Source of the DNA: Candidatus Acidiferrum sp.
Lineage (GTDB): Bacteria; Acidobacteriota; Terriglobia; Acidiferrales; UBA7541
Assembly (NCBI GenBank): GCA_035622585.1
Contig: DASPVC010000060.1
Location: 119,096 to 183,095 of the forward strand
Direction of reading: 5' to 3'
Length of the DNA stretch: 64,000 nt
Below are positions 9,123 to 19,669 of this stretch, piece after piece. A model generated the notes under the pieces. The model saw only the letters and a program-made list of their open reading frames with translations, did not search any database and was not told the origin of the DNA. How positions within the stretch are numbered: position 1 is the stretch's first letter; every line of letters starts with the position of its first letter. The position numbers and the translations under genes are program-made.

Positions 9123-10589
9123 ATGGAGCGCCGCACTGTGCGAATCCTGCTGCAGATGCTTGTTGCGACGTTCGTGATCGTGTCACTTGCGCGCGGACAG
9201 GCCGCCATGCGCCCCGTCTTGGCGCAAGCAACTCCTGCCGCGTCTGCCGCGGGCGACATTTCGCAAATTACGAGTGACGCGATCGGCTGGCTGCAAGGGC
9301 TGATCCGCATCAACACGACGAATCCTCCCGGCAACGAAATCGCTGCCGCGAAATACATCGCTGGAATCCTCGACCGCGAGGGAATTCATTCGGAGATTTT
9401 CGAGAGCACGCCGGGGCGCGGATTCTTGGTGGCGCGCCTGTCATCGAGCGCCATGCCGGACCCCTCGCGTGCTCTGCTGCTCATGGGGCATCTCGATGTG
9501 GTCGGCGTCGATAAGACGAAGTGGACCGTCGATCCCTTCGGTGGCGTGATTCAGGGCAACTACCTCTACGGGCGCGGAGCGATCGACGACAAAGCGATGA
9601 CGATCGCCAACGTCGCCGTAATGGTGGCTTTGAAGCGGTCGGGCGTGCGGCTCAACCGCGACGTGATTTTGCTCGCGGAGGGCGACGAAGAGGCCGGCGG
9701 CACGGACGGCATGAAGTTTGCCGTGGACAAGCACTGGGACAAGATCGCCGCCGGCTACGCGATCAATGAGGGCGGGCGCGTCGTCCTAAAGGACGGCCAG
9801 ATTCAGTACGTCGGCGTGCAGGCCAGCGAGAAAGTGATGGTCAACGTGGACGTGATCGCGACCGGCACCTCCGGCCACGGTTCGACGCCACGCAGCGACA
9901 ATGCCGTGGTTCACCTCGCTGCCGCAATGGCGAAAATCGGCACATACGAAACGCCGGTTCAGTTCAACTCAGTGACTCGTGGATATTTTTCTGGTCTTGC
10001 GCCGACGCAAGACGAAGAAACAAGCAAGTGGATCCGCGCGCTGGACACATCGGACCGTGGCGATCACGCAGCGCGCTGGATTTCGAGCGCCAGCCCCGCG
10101 TGGAACTCGATGCTGCGCGACACGATTGCGCCGACCATGCTGCAAGCGGGAATCCGGCCGAACGTGGTGCCTTCAGAGGCGCGCGGCGTGCTCAACATCC
10201 GCCTGCTGCCCGGCAACATGGTCGAACCGCTGCTGGCCAAACTACAGCAGTTGGTGAACGATCCGCAGATTCGATTCGAGGTCGAGCCGGGAGTGGGCGA
10301 GTCCACGCCGTCGTCGTCGCTTACATCGGACTTGTATGCCACGATCTCGCGCGTCTCCGCACAGGTATTGCCCGGCGCTCCGGTGCTGCCCTACATGTCC
10401 ACGGGCGCGACGGATTCGATGTATCTTCGCATGCGCGGCGTCCAGGCGTACGGTTTGCTTCCGTTTCCGCTGACGGAAGAGGATTCGCTGCGGATGCACG
10501 CCGATAACGAACGCATTCCGGTCGACTCGTTCCGTAAGGGTGTGGACTTCCTGTACGCGATCGTGAGCGATTTCGCGGTCTCGAAATAG
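9123..10589 (+). CDS. Secreted M20-family metallopeptidase (carboxypeptidase/dipeptidase-like)
   Basis: Signal peptide MERRTVRILLQMLVATFVIVSLARGQA. M20 motifs LLLMGHLDVV, GRGAIDDK and LLAEGDEEAGG. SD GAGGGA precedes 9123; 9102 is an alternative start. Confidence 0.85.
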   Translation: MERRTVRILLQMLVATFVIVSLARGQAAMRPVLAQATPAASAAGDISQITSDAIGWLQGLIRINTTNPPGNEIAAAKYIAGILDREGIHSEIFESTPGRGFLVARLSSSAMPDPSRALLLMGHLDVVGVDKTKWTVDPFGGVIQGNYLYGRGAIDDKAMTIANVAVMVALKRSGVRLNRDVILLAEGDEEAGGTDGMKFAVDKHWDKIAAGYAINEGGRVVLKDGQIQYVGVQASEKVMVNVDVIATGTSGHGSTPRSDNAVVHLAAAMAKIGTYETPVQFNSVTRGYFSGLAPTQDEETSKWIRALDTSDRGDHAARWISSASPAWNSMLRDTIAPTMLQAGIRPNVVPSEARGVLNIRLLPGNMVEPLLAKLQQLVNDPQIRFEVEPGVGESTPSSSLTSDLYATISRVSAQVLPGAPVLPYMSTGATDSMYLRMRGVQAYGLLPFPLTEEDSLRMHADNERIPVDSFRKGVDFLYAIVSDFAVSK

Positions 10590-10637
10590 GGTAACGAATC
10601 GGTTGCCGAGTGCGCCGCAGAAGCGGAACTCAGCCGT

Positions 10638-11462
10638 CTAGTTGATCCAGCTGTCCGGCCGTGACGGTGGCTTGTCACGGTGCTCGCGGACATAGACTTC
10701 GAATTTCTTGCGCAGTCTGCGGCGCTTCCAATCCGAGAAAAAATTCCGCGAGTTGTAGAGGAATGAGCCCCGGCGCAGGTAGAGATACCCAACCAACATT
10801 CCGCCCAAGTGGCAAACGTGACTCACGCCATCGCCCGTGGCACCTATAGTCAGAAAGAATTCAATCGCGCCAGAAACAATCACGAAAAGGCGCATCGACA
10901 GGGAGATCGGCAAAGGGAAGAACCAGACTTGGCGATGGGGCATGACTACGGCGCACGCGAGCAGAATTCCATAGATCGCTCCGGATGCGCCGATAGTCGA
11001 GGCGTGTAGAAGCCCCGGGCCAGCGAAACCCAACGCCACCACCAAAAATCGGACACCCATGTCGATCAGTCCAGCGCCGATCCCGCACAGAAAGAAATAG
11101 GTGTAAAACTTGCGCCTTCCCCACGTGTGTTCGAGATCGGCCCCGAACATCGCCAGGTACAGCAGGTTGAAAAAGATGTGGAGCAGGCCTCCATGCAAGA
11201 ACAGGTAGGTAAGAGGCTGCCAAATGTAGCCGTGCAGAAGCACGTCAGCGGGGATTAGGCCGAACCATCTGGTCCAAAAATTCCACCCATCCGCGCGGAA
11301 GAACAACAGGGACAGTTCTTGCAAGAGGAAAACCCCTACACAGGCGAGGCAAATCGTCTTGACGGCGCGGGGAAAATAGCCGCTCAGATTAAACTGGTAG
11401 CCGTAGCCGCGGGAAAAGGAGCCCACGAACGTCAGTCTACGGCCTGGGCGAGACGGAGTCAA
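10638..11462 (-). CDS. Rhomboid-family intramembrane serine protease
   Basis: Multi-TM protein with the catalytic GASGAIYG and HLGGMLVGYLY motifs. TTG start in the ORF track. Confidence 0.85.
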   Translation of the reverse strand: MTPSRPGRRLTFVGSFSRGYGYQFNLSGYFPRAVKTICLACVGVFLLQELSLLFFRADGWNFWTRWFGLIPADVLLHGYIWQPLTYLFLHGGLLHIFFNLLYLAMFGADLEHTWGRRKFYTYFFLCGIGAGLIDMGVRFLVVALGFAGPGLLHASTIGASGAIYGILLACAVVMPHRQVWFFPLPISLSMRLFVIVSGAIEFFLTIGATGDGVSHVCHLGGMLVGYLYLRRGSFLYNSRNFFSDWKRRRLRKKFEVYVREHRDKPPSRPDSWIN

Positions 11463-11661
11463 AGACTGCCAATCGTGACGTGTTCTGCGCGCCGGGGCGG
11501 TCGTCTCCTAACATGCGTCTGAATCAGAGGGTCGGCTCCCGAGACCGGGATGCGCCGTGCACTCTGGCCTTGAATGCTTGTCACGAGCAAACGCCCGTGG
11601 TGCGACGCCAGCGCGAGAGGGTGTACCTTGTGACGGCGCATTTCTTGCGCGGTGAAGTACG

Positions 11662-12519
11662 GTGACAACCAACTTCTCGAGGGCCATTGGCGCAAGGAAG
11701 CGGAGCGCGCACGTATGTGCGCGTGTCGTGCGTGTTGTAACAACCGCGGTGCGAACCGCGATTCCGAATGTAGCTTTCGCGGTCTTCCTGCTGGTCGGCT
11801 CCGGTCAAGCACCGGTTATTGCGCAGGGCGGACCACCTCTCCTCACGAACGACCCAGGCACACCGGGGAACGAAAAATGGGAAATCAACATCGGTGTGAT
11901 GCAGGTGCTCCGAAGCGGAACGAACATTCTGCAGTTGCCGCAGATCGACCTAAATTACGGGTTGGGCGACCGCATCCAGTTGACGTACGAAGTGCCCTTC
12001 GTCTGGCAGAGCGCGACCGGGCAGCCGAATGCAAGCGGATGGAGCAACGGATTCCCCGGAGTCAAATGGCGATTTTTCGATCAGGGCGAAGATGGGTGGG
12101 CGATTTCGACATTCCCGCAAATCGAAATTCAGGGGCCGAGAGGTTCGGTGAAGACGGGTATTGCCGACGGGGGCACGCGTTTCTTGCTGCCGGTGGAAGT
12201 AAGCCATCCGATCGGGCCGCTCGAAGTGAATTTTGAAGCCGGATATTTCTTCCCGCTCAATTCGCCGCACTCGCGCAACGAGCGCATCCTGGGACTTGCG
12301 ATGGGACACATGTTCAATCCAAAGTTCGAAGCGATTGGCGAGGTGTACAACGATGCGGTGATGGGCGTGCCTCCCCAAAATACGACGTTCGACCTTGGCG
12401 GGCGATACGAATTTCACAAAAACCTGCTGCTGCTTTTCATGGCCGGACGCAGCTTCAGCGGAAATTCGAGCGGGCAACCCGAATTTCTCGGGTACGTGGG
12501 GCTACAGATTCTCCACTGA
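11662..12519 (+). CDS. Putative outer-membrane beta-barrel protein (MetA-pathway/phenol-degradation-like transporter family?)
   Basis: Signal-like AFAVFLLVGSGQAPVIAQ. Alternating beta-strand pattern with a terminal aromatic (YVGLQILH). Start codon is uncertain. Confidence 0.5.
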   Translation: MTTNFSRAIGARKRSAHVCARVVRVVTTAVRTAIPNVAFAVFLLVGSGQAPVIAQGGPPLLTNDPGTPGNEKWEINIGVMQVLRSGTNILQLPQIDLNYGLGDRIQLTYEVPFVWQSATGQPNASGWSNGFPGVKWRFFDQGEDGWAISTFPQIEIQGPRGSVKTGIADGGTRFLLPVEVSHPIGPLEVNFEAGYFFPLNSPHSRNERILGLAMGHMFNPKFEAIGEVYNDAVMGVPPQNTTFDLGGRYEFHKNLLLLFMAGRSFSGNSSGQPEFLGYVGLQILH

Positions 12520-12560
12520 ACGGGATGAGCCGCGGAGCAGAGCGAGAGGCTGGATCCGCG

Positions 12561-12893
12561 TCAACGCGTGCTCAGCGCGTCGATCTTGGCGGCGAGGATG
12601 AAATCGCTTTCGGTGAGGCCGTTGATGGCGTGCGTCCACGTGGTGATTTCGGCTTTGCCCCACGCCAGCAGGATATCCGGATGATGGCCCTGCTGCTCGG
12701 CCAGCTCGCCTACCTCATTCACGAACGCCAGCGCCTGAACGAAATTCGGAAACTTGAAAAGACGCACGATGTGATGCCCGTCGATGACCCTCCATTCCGG
12801 CACCTGCTTCGCAAGCGCTTCGAGCTCTTTTCCCGCGAGCGGCGGGATACCTCCACGGCACGGGACGCAATTCTTGCTGGCCAGATCGGTCAT
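12561..12893 (-). CDS. Pterin-4-alpha-carbinolamine dehydratase
   Basis: 110-aa product from the internal ATG, with the GHHPD motif and ELAEQQGHHPDILLAWGKAEITTWTH. Confidence 0.85.
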   Translation of the reverse strand: MTDLASKNCVPCRGGIPPLAGKELEALAKQVPEWRVIDGHHIVRLFKFPNFVQALAFVNEVGELAEQQGHHPDILLAWGKAEITTWTHAINGLTESDFILAAKIDALSTR

Positions 12894-13041
12894 AAAGGCA
12901 GCCCTCCTCAATTCATCCGTCGGCGTGGATTGTACCGGAACAGGCTGAAGCCCGGATAGCCACAGCATGGTTTGCGGCGCGCCATTTCTGCTATTCTTTG
13001 ACGCTTCGTTAAGTCGAAAATCCGCCGGGCGAGGATCGAGA

Positions 13042-13584
13042 ATGGCCGACGAAATCCAGGAACTCCAGGAACAAGCTGAAGAGGGCTCGCACCATCCAAG
13101 CCTTGCGCCTGTGACCGTGACGATGGCGATTCTGGCCGTCCTGGTTGCCGCGGTATCACTGCTGGGCCACCGCGCGCACACCGAGGAATTGCTGCTGCAA
13201 ACCAAGTCCACTGATCAGTGGGCCTATTATCAGGCGAAAGACATCCGGCGGCATACCTATGAACTCTTTCTCGATGAAACCTCGGTTTTTTCGCTTCAGA
13301 ACTCCGAACAGGTCGACAAGCTGAAAGAGAAGTACGCGAAAGAGGTGGAGCGTTACCGCGACGAAATGAAGGACATCGAAGCCGAAGCCAAAAAAGCAGA
13401 AGACGAAGTGAGAGTGCAGCAGCGGCGGGCAGACCGTTTCGATCTCGGTGAGGTGATGCTCGAAGCCGCGCTGGTAATCTGCTCGATCACGCTGCTGACC
13501 AGAAAGCGGATCTTTTGGGGGATGGGATTGGTGCTGGGCTTGGCCGGTCTGGCCATCGGCGCCGCCGGACTTCTCATCCGATAA
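13042..13584 (+). CDS. DUF4337-like membrane protein
   Basis: Starts at MADEIQELQEQAEEG. Has a TM segment, QWAYYQAKDIRR, a coiled region and a C-terminal TM pair. Confidence 0.6.
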   Translation: MADEIQELQEQAEEGSHHPSLAPVTVTMAILAVLVAAVSLLGHRAHTEELLLQTKSTDQWAYYQAKDIRRHTYELFLDETSVFSLQNSEQVDKLKEKYAKEVERYRDEMKDIEAEAKKAEDEVRVQQRRADRFDLGEVMLEAALVICSITLLTRKRIFWGMGLVLGLAGLAIGAAGLLIR

Positions 13585-13612
13585 TCGGCATTGAGAACGG
13601 CGGGGTCCCTAC

Positions 13613-13981
13613 CTAATTCGCAATGGGCAGTTGGAAGCGAAGACCAGCTTTGAAATTCCCATCAATGATCACCGTCACCTGCATGGGATTAAAACCGTCC
13701 TTGCTCAACTTCAGGAAATACGTGCCATTCTTGGCGTGATGCCACGAAAAACGCCCATGTCGATCCGTGACCACTCGATCGAAACAGTTCCTCCATCTCT
13801 CCTGGCATCGTTCAACAACCGCTCCCTCTAAGGGCGCAGCCGATGCATCCAACACGGTTCCAGAAAGCGAGCGACTGTGGAATGGCTCGACCATTTCGAC
13901 CGAGTATTGCGAGGCCGCTGACGCACACGACAAGAACATGGCCAACATTATTAACAGAGGGGCGAGTAAGGCCGTCCCCAT
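13613..13981 (-). CDS. Small secreted carboxypeptidase-regulatory-like domain protein
   Basis: Signal peptide plus GTVLDASAAPLEGAVV...TDRHGRFSW...GTYFLKLSKDGF. Confidence 0.6.
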   Translation of the reverse strand: MGTALLAPLLIMLAMFLSCASAASQYSVEMVEPFHSRSLSGTVLDASAAPLEGAVVERCQERWRNCFDRVVTDRHGRFSWHHAKNGTYFLKLSKDGFNPMQVTVIIDGNFKAGLRFQLPIAN

Positions 13982-13993
13982 GGTCTTCTCAAC

Positions 13994-14869
13994 TCAGCGC
14001 CTACCGGACGCAGCCGTGCGCGCCTCCACGTACTCGCGGACGTAGTCGCCAAAAATCCTTTCCAGCCTTTGCGCCATCGGACCGCGCGTGACGGGCACTT
14101 TGTGGCCGGCCACCTCACTCACGGAAATGACGCCGCGATTGGTGGAAGAGATCAACACTTCGTCCGCTGTGTAGAGATCTTCAGGATAGAGAGTGCGCTC
14201 CTCGACCGACACGCCCGCGTGCGGCCCGACTTCCAGCACGATGCTGCGAGTCACTCCCTCCAGACATCCGGACGATAGCGGAGGCGTCGTCACCTGGTCC
14301 CCGTGGACGCAAAAGATGTTCGCGGCCGTGCATTCGGACACTTCTCCGCGCTCGTTGAGGAGCACAACTTCGTCGTAGCCCGCCTGCTGCGACTCGTGAA
14401 GATTCCAGACATTGTTGAGCCAGGACGTGACCTTGACGCCGGCGAGCGGTGAAGCCGCGTGCCGCCCGTGCTCGCGGAGCATCAGGCGCGCCGGATCTCG
14501 ATGGGGCGGCAGCCCAGCCGAGCAGATGAGCAGATCAGCCGCCGGAAATTCCTCGTCGCTGCGCCAGAAGCCGGACTGGTTGTACACGATGTAGATTCGC
14601 GCGCAGCCCTCGCGAACTTCATTGGCGCGCAGAACTTCGTTCATCTGATCGTGTACTGCTTCGGCGTCGAACGGGAACGGACAATACGTCTTTTGCGCGT
14701 CGCGCGAGAGCCGCGCCCAGTGGCGCTCGAAAGCGAACGGAATTCCTTCGATGATGCGGATCGTGGTAAACAGCCCCCATCCGCTCAGCAAGCCCGATTG
14801 ACCGGGAGACAGCCGCACGTCTTCGACAGGCAGCAAACGGTGATTATGAAAGACGAATCGATGGATCAT
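13994..14869 (-). CDS. Class IV aminotransferase (branched-chain aminotransferase / aminodeoxychorismate lyase family)
   Basis: Fold-type IV motifs: LSGWGLFTTIR, EVVLLNERGEVSECTAANIF and EGVTR. ATG at 14869. Confidence 0.8.
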   Translation of the reverse strand: MIHRFVFHNHRLLPVEDVRLSPGQSGLLSGWGLFTTIRIIEGIPFAFERHWARLSRDAQKTYCPFPFDAEAVHDQMNEVLRANEVREGCARIYIVYNQSGFWRSDEEFPAADLLICSAGLPPHRDPARLMLREHGRHAASPLAGVKVTSWLNNVWNLHESQQAGYDEVVLLNERGEVSECTAANIFCVHGDQVTTPPLSSGCLEGVTRSIVLEVGPHAGVSVEERTLYPEDLYTADEVLISSTNRGVISVSEVAGHKVPVTRGPMAQRLERIFGDYVREYVEARTAASGRR

Positions 14870-15027
14870 TTCACCTTCCCCGAATCCTTCTCCCCAGCGC
14901 CTTCGATGATTGTATCGCACAACGAGCCGCGCTGCCTGACACGCCACGCAGGCACGGCTCAAAAGAGAAATCCGGCGGCGAGAGGCTATCTCGCCGCCGG
15001 ATTCCGATACCGCGGGATACGGAGACC

Positions 15028-16773
15028 CTATTGCTGCTGTTGCGCGGGCGTTGCCTGCTGTTGCTTGGCGACGTCAGCCTTCGCCGCAGCAGTGACGTTC
15101 GCTCCAGGCTTCTGATAACGCGTCAAGTACGGCATGAAGGGTGTGACCTCGAACGGCATCTTTTCGCGCGCCGAAAGCAAAGCCACCGGCTTGGCTTTGA
15201 CGAGCTCGACGCGATCGGTCCACGGATCGAGCTTCACGCGCGCACCGATGGGCAGCGCCGCGATTTGATCGACCTTATCCGGCTGCAAGGCTGGTCCGGT
15301 GCTTGCTAGGCCTGATCCGAGCGCGACGCTATTGCCGACATGGGGGTTGATGAGCGCTGGAAGCGCTTTGGATTCCGTATCGAGCTGCTTGAGGAAAAGG
15401 GTGGCGTTCGTGAGCTTGTCCTTATACGGCGAATTCTTCAAGAGTTCGACGGCCTTTTGGTTCGCGGCCTGAACGTCGGCGGCGTTGTCGCGGAACGAAA
15501 AATGGCCCAGCGCCTCGACGGTCGAGACGTTGGTCATATCGTTGAAGCCCCACTGGTCGGTCGCGGGCTTGGTGACGATGATGCCGCCTAGTTCCTGCGC
15601 GAGCATGGCCGCAAGACTAGCTTCATCCGGAAGCACGTCGATCAGACCGCGGCTCATCACGATCGTATGGCCGATGGCAAACGACTCAAGCGTGCCGGTA
15701 AGCAGCACGCGGCAATGGATTTCCGGCTGAATGTCGAGATTGTTGGTGACTTCCAGGTTGTTGACGACGGTCTCGAGCACTTTGTCAATTTCGTTCGGGG
15801 GCGCCAGCAAGCCGGTGCGCTGCAAACGATCGATGACGTTCACTTCGGCCTGATGCTGCCATTCGCGCTCCGCTTCGATCGGCGAACGATCCACGGGCTG
15901 CGCACCTTGATCCTGTATTGCGGTGGGCGACTCGATGGTGAGCTGGCTGAATTCCTCTTCGTGGCCGGCGTTCTTCAGATCGTAGCCCCACAGGCGTGTC
16001 TGGGCTTTGAAGTGGACATGATTGCCCATGAAGTCTTTCAGGTCGTTTTCTTGGCTGTAAACGAACGCGGGCAACCAGAGACCGGGCTGCACGTTCATGC
16101 GCCAGCTATCGAAGTGAATGTTAAAGCCGTTGAGGCCAGCGAGCGGCGTATACACGCCATTGAAGCGGACCATCGCGAAACCCTGATCCTCCGCCCAAAT
16201 CCGGCCCTTGAAACGCCCTTTGCCAGACTTCGGCAGTGGCGTGACGTCGAACACGAGGCAACGAACCTCGCCCAAAAATTCCCTGCCGACGTAGTCGAAT
16301 TCATAGTGCTGGCGGTCGAATCCGTTCGTATCCAGATAGATCATCTGGAGGAAGCCCTCGGGCACATACGACGATTCGAAAAAGCCGGCGACGTGAGATA
16401 TGGGATTGAACTGGTCGAGCTTGCCCTTCTTCCTCGACAGCATGGAATTATCGACCACTCCCTGGGCGAGATTTGCCTGCCCGAGGAAATAGTGATCCTT
16501 CACGGGGATCGCGCCCATGTCCTTGTCGGGCCTCATATCCTGGATATATGTCTCGATGATCGGGTTAAACCGCCGGATCGTGGCGATCTCGTCGTGCTCG
16601 CGCGCGATGATGCGATCGATGGCTTCGTTGACTGTGGTGACAGGGCCGGAGGCCGAACTGCCGGCCTGCGGCTGGGTTTGATCCGCCGTCTGTGTCTGTG
16701 TCTGCGCGCCGGCGAGGCCCGCGAGAGCCCCCGCCAGGATGACCGACACCGAGAGGTTTTTCCACGTGCGCAT
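15028..16773 (-). CDS. Secreted protein with a degenerate M48-peptidase-like segment
   Basis: Signal peptide present. ESFAIGHTIVMSRGLIDVLPDEASLAAMLAQELGG aligns by eye to the M48 xAFAxxG...GLL...ELAGVLAHEIGH block, but HExxH reads QELGG (about 15584-15598). Confidence 0.6.
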   Translation of the reverse strand: MRTWKNLSVSVILAGALAGLAGAQTQTQTADQTQPQAGSSASGPVTTVNEAIDRIIAREHDEIATIRRFNPIIETYIQDMRPDKDMGAIPVKDHYFLGQANLAQGVVDNSMLSRKKGKLDQFNPISHVAGFFESSYVPEGFLQMIYLDTNGFDRQHYEFDYVGREFLGEVRCLVFDVTPLPKSGKGRFKGRIWAEDQGFAMVRFNGVYTPLAGLNGFNIHFDSWRMNVQPGLWLPAFVYSQENDLKDFMGNHVHFKAQTRLWGYDLKNAGHEEEFSQLTIESPTAIQDQGAQPVDRSPIEAEREWQHQAEVNVIDRLQRTGLLAPPNEIDKVLETVVNNLEVTNNLDIQPEIHCRVLLTGTLESFAIGHTIVMSRGLIDVLPDEASLAAMLAQELGGIIVTKPATDQWGFNDMTNVSTVEALGHFSFRDNAADVQAANQKAVELLKNSPYKDKLTNATLFLKQLDTESKALPALINPHVGNSVALGSGLASTGPALQPDKVDQIAALPIGARVKLDPWTDRVELVKAKPVALLSAREKMPFEVTPFMPYLTRYQKPGANVTAAAKADVAKQQQATPAQQQQ

Positions 16774-16785
16774 TGCGTTCCCCTT

Positions 16786-17805
16786 TCAGTACGCCAGCTC
16801 GAATGTGATGTGTGCGATCGCAGGGGAGTCTACGGGCTGTCCATCCTGCTGGGCGGGACGAAAACGAATCTGGCGAGCCGCCGTCTCAGCAGCTTCATCC
16901 AGTCCGTAACCCAATCCCCGCACGATGCGGAGCACCTTCACTTCACCTGACGCTGAGAACACCACCTCCACCAACACATCCCCTTCAATCTTCTTTGCCC
17001 GTGCCTCTTCCGTGTAAGTCGGTTTGGGCACAGACAGAATCTCGACAGGCTTTGTGTTCGAGGCTACAGAGGTTTGTTTAACCTTGGGCGCGTCCGCCGC
17101 CTTCACATCGAACATGCCTTGCTGAACCGCTCCGTGGCCTCCGCCTCCGGGGCTGCCCGTCGCAACTCCATTGCCAAAGCCCGCGCTCGCCACGACGCCT
17201 CGCGCACCCTTTGCGCCGCCCGTGCCGTTGCCGTTGCCCGGGCCCGTGGGCATGTCGTAGCCACCCATCTGCACGATGTTCGGATTCCGATCAGTCTTGG
17301 CATTCGCAGGGACGCCGTTCGGGTCGCCGAACCCGCCCGTTTGGACTGCTTCTCGCGGCTTCTTCAAAGTCGGCGGCGCGGAGCTTCCCAATGTGGGCGC
17401 CGGATCGGGAAAGACTTTTGCAACCTCCGTCATGTCAGGAGCCTGAACCTTCCGTACGACCTGTTTGACTACGGGCGTCGTGAAGACAGGGGCCGGAATT
17501 TTCGGCTTGGGCGGTTCGACAACCTCCGGCTTCGGGATTTCCTTCTTGACGACCACCTCTCGTTTCACGACGACAGGCTTCGGCGGCGGCTGCGGCTTCC
17601 AGGCTTCAATCACGGGAGCCTCTAGCGGCGTAACCCAGTAGTGCTGCATCGCCTCAAACTTCTGCGGCATAAGGAGCGGCAGGATTATCAGCGCAGTGAG
17701 GGCTACGCACTCCAGCCCCAGCCCGACGCTGAACGATCCCCAGCGGCGCTTGCCTTCGGGCAGGAGTGCCTCATTAAAGACGGGTCGATTCTTTGCCGGT
17801 GCCAT
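16786..17805 (-). CDS. tonB: TonB-family energy transducer
   Basis: N-terminal TM, a Pro/Lys/Val-rich spacer (KPQPPPKPVVVKREVVVKKEIPKPEVVEPPKPKIP) and a TonB C-terminal domain. Confidence 0.85.
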   Translation of the reverse strand: MAPAKNRPVFNEALLPEGKRRWGSFSVGLGLECVALTALIILPLLMPQKFEAMQHYWVTPLEAPVIEAWKPQPPPKPVVVKREVVVKKEIPKPEVVEPPKPKIPAPVFTTPVVKQVVRKVQAPDMTEVAKVFPDPAPTLGSSAPPTLKKPREAVQTGGFGDPNGVPANAKTDRNPNIVQMGGYDMPTGPGNGNGTGGAKGARGVVASAGFGNGVATGSPGGGGHGAVQQGMFDVKAADAPKVKQTSVASNTKPVEILSVPKPTYTEEARAKKIEGDVLVEVVFSASGEVKVLRIVRGLGYGLDEAAETAARQIRFRPAQQDGQPVDSPAIAHITFELAY

Positions 17806-18172
17806 CAGTTTTCACCCCGGATTCCCTTCGCGGTCGGACTGTCGTGCGCAGACACAGGTACCGCACAGTATTTTGGTACTAGATCAAAGGGCTGGGATGA
17901 ATAGAACCCACGTACTATTCTACCCCCGGTAGTGCTGAAAGCGATAACCCAAGAAATTGGGCCGTTCGTTGCGAGTTACTCGCCATTGGTCAGCGGCCCG
18001 AAAAGCCTCCGCACGTCTTTCGCCACTTCTAGGAACCCCGCAGCGAAGGATTGGTTGCGGTGCTTTGAGCACGCGGAGCCAGAACCTGGGGTATCGCTGT
18101 TTGTTCGATTAGCGGAGCGCGATGGCTTGGGAGGATCGCGCCCCGCCCATTGTTTGTCGTATTGCTATGCCG

Positions 18173-19669
18173 CTACTGAGAATCGATCACCACGTAACCC
18201 GTGACGCCTTGATGGTTCACAAGCAGCAGCACTTGCCCCTTGCCCGCGGCCGCTACCGCTCGCTTGTAGTCTTCGATGCTGGCCACCGGCTTATGGTTGA
18301 CCTCCTCTATCACGTCTCCGCGCTGCAGGCTGGAAGCAGCAGGGCTGGCTGGATCAACGGAGGTAACGACAACTCCGTGCGTACCCGGTTTCAACTGAAG
18401 CTGCTCCGCGATGTCCGAGGTTAGTTCCTGCACCTCAACGCCCTCCAGACCGCCGCTTTCGCCTTCCGCCGGGCCGGTCTTGTCGGCCTTCTCCGGGAGT
18501 TCGCCGAGAGCCACGTTGACGTCCTGAGTCTTGCCGTCACGCGAGATCTGCAGCTTGACGTTTGAGCCCGGAGCCATCTGCGAGATGCGCAAGCGCAGGT
18601 CATTGGCGGAAGCCACCGTTTGCCCATTGACCGCGAGAATCACATCTCCGCGCTTGAGGCCCGCGCGGGCGGCCGGGGTGTCCGACTCGACCTGTCCAAC
18701 TAGCGCGCCCGTCGGCTGAGAAAGCCCAAATTGCTTTGCAAGCGCCGGGGTCACATCCTGCGGATACAGGCCGAGATAGCCGCGCACGACTTTGCCGTGC
18801 GAAACGATCTGGTCCATCACCGAGCGAGCCATGTTGATCGGAATGGCGAAGCCGATACCCTGATTGCCGCCGTTTTCCGCGAGAATCGCAGTATTAATGC
18901 CGATCAAGTCGCCATGAAGGTCGATCATCGCCCCGCCGGAGTTCCCCGGATTGATCGCGGCGTCGGTTTGAATGAAGTCCTCATAATTTTCGATCTCTCC
19001 ATTCAAACTACGGCCCGTCGCGCTGACAATTCCCATCGTGGCCGTACCGCCGAGTCCATACGGTTCGCCGATGGCAAAAACGACATCGCCGACGTGCAGC
19101 TTCGATGAATCGCCGATGGCAAGCGTCGGCAAATTCGTGGCCTCGATTTTCAAGACCGCGATGTCCGACTTCGAGTCCGTACCGACGAGCTTGGCCTGAA
19201 ATTCCCGCTTGTCGCTCAGGTCCACTTTGATGTCCGTCGCGCCGTCAATTACGTGGTTGTTTGTGACAATCGTGCCATCCGATGTGACAATCACACCGGA
19301 GCCGAGACTGTGCTCACGTTCTGAATGTGGTTGCCCGAGGTTCCCAAACTGGTCGCCGAAAAATTGCCGGAACATCGGATCGTTAAAGAACGGCATCTGT
19401 CCGCGCCCGGTCTTGACGACTTTTGACGTGTGAATGTTCACGACCGCAGGCAGCGCGTTCTTCAGCACGGAGGCGAACCCATTCGTGAAATTCCCGAGAG
19501 GCACGGGCTCCAGATTCCTCGCCATCGTCAACTCGAGCTTCGATGCGCCGAATACTTCATGCCCCGACCAATCTCGCAATCCGATTGCAACCACTCCGCC
19601 GCCGACGAGCGCCGCCAGCACGACGATTGTCGCTACCCAGCGCGGAATGTGTAAGTAACTGCTCTTCAT
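18173..19669 (-). CDS. htrA: HtrA/DegP-family periplasmic serine protease with two PDZ domains
   Basis: GNSGGAMIDLHGDLIGINTAI catalytic Ser motif and two PDZ-like regions. ATG at 19669 is preceded by GGGAGA. Confidence 0.9.
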   Translation of the reverse strand: MKSSYLHIPRWVATIVVLAALVGGGVVAIGLRDWSGHEVFGASKLELTMARNLEPVPLGNFTNGFASVLKNALPAVVNIHTSKVVKTGRGQMPFFNDPMFRQFFGDQFGNLGQPHSEREHSLGSGVIVTSDGTIVTNNHVIDGATDIKVDLSDKREFQAKLVGTDSKSDIAVLKIEATNLPTLAIGDSSKLHVGDVVFAIGEPYGLGGTATMGIVSATGRSLNGEIENYEDFIQTDAAINPGNSGGAMIDLHGDLIGINTAILAENGGNQGIGFAIPINMARSVMDQIVSHGKVVRGYLGLYPQDVTPALAKQFGLSQPTGALVGQVESDTPAARAGLKRGDVILAVNGQTVASANDLRLRISQMAPGSNVKLQISRDGKTQDVNVALGELPEKADKTGPAEGESGGLEGVEVQELTSDIAEQLQLKPGTHGVVVTSVDPASPAASSLQRGDVIEEVNHKPVASIEDYKRAVAAAGKGQVLLLVNHQGVTGYVVIDSQ

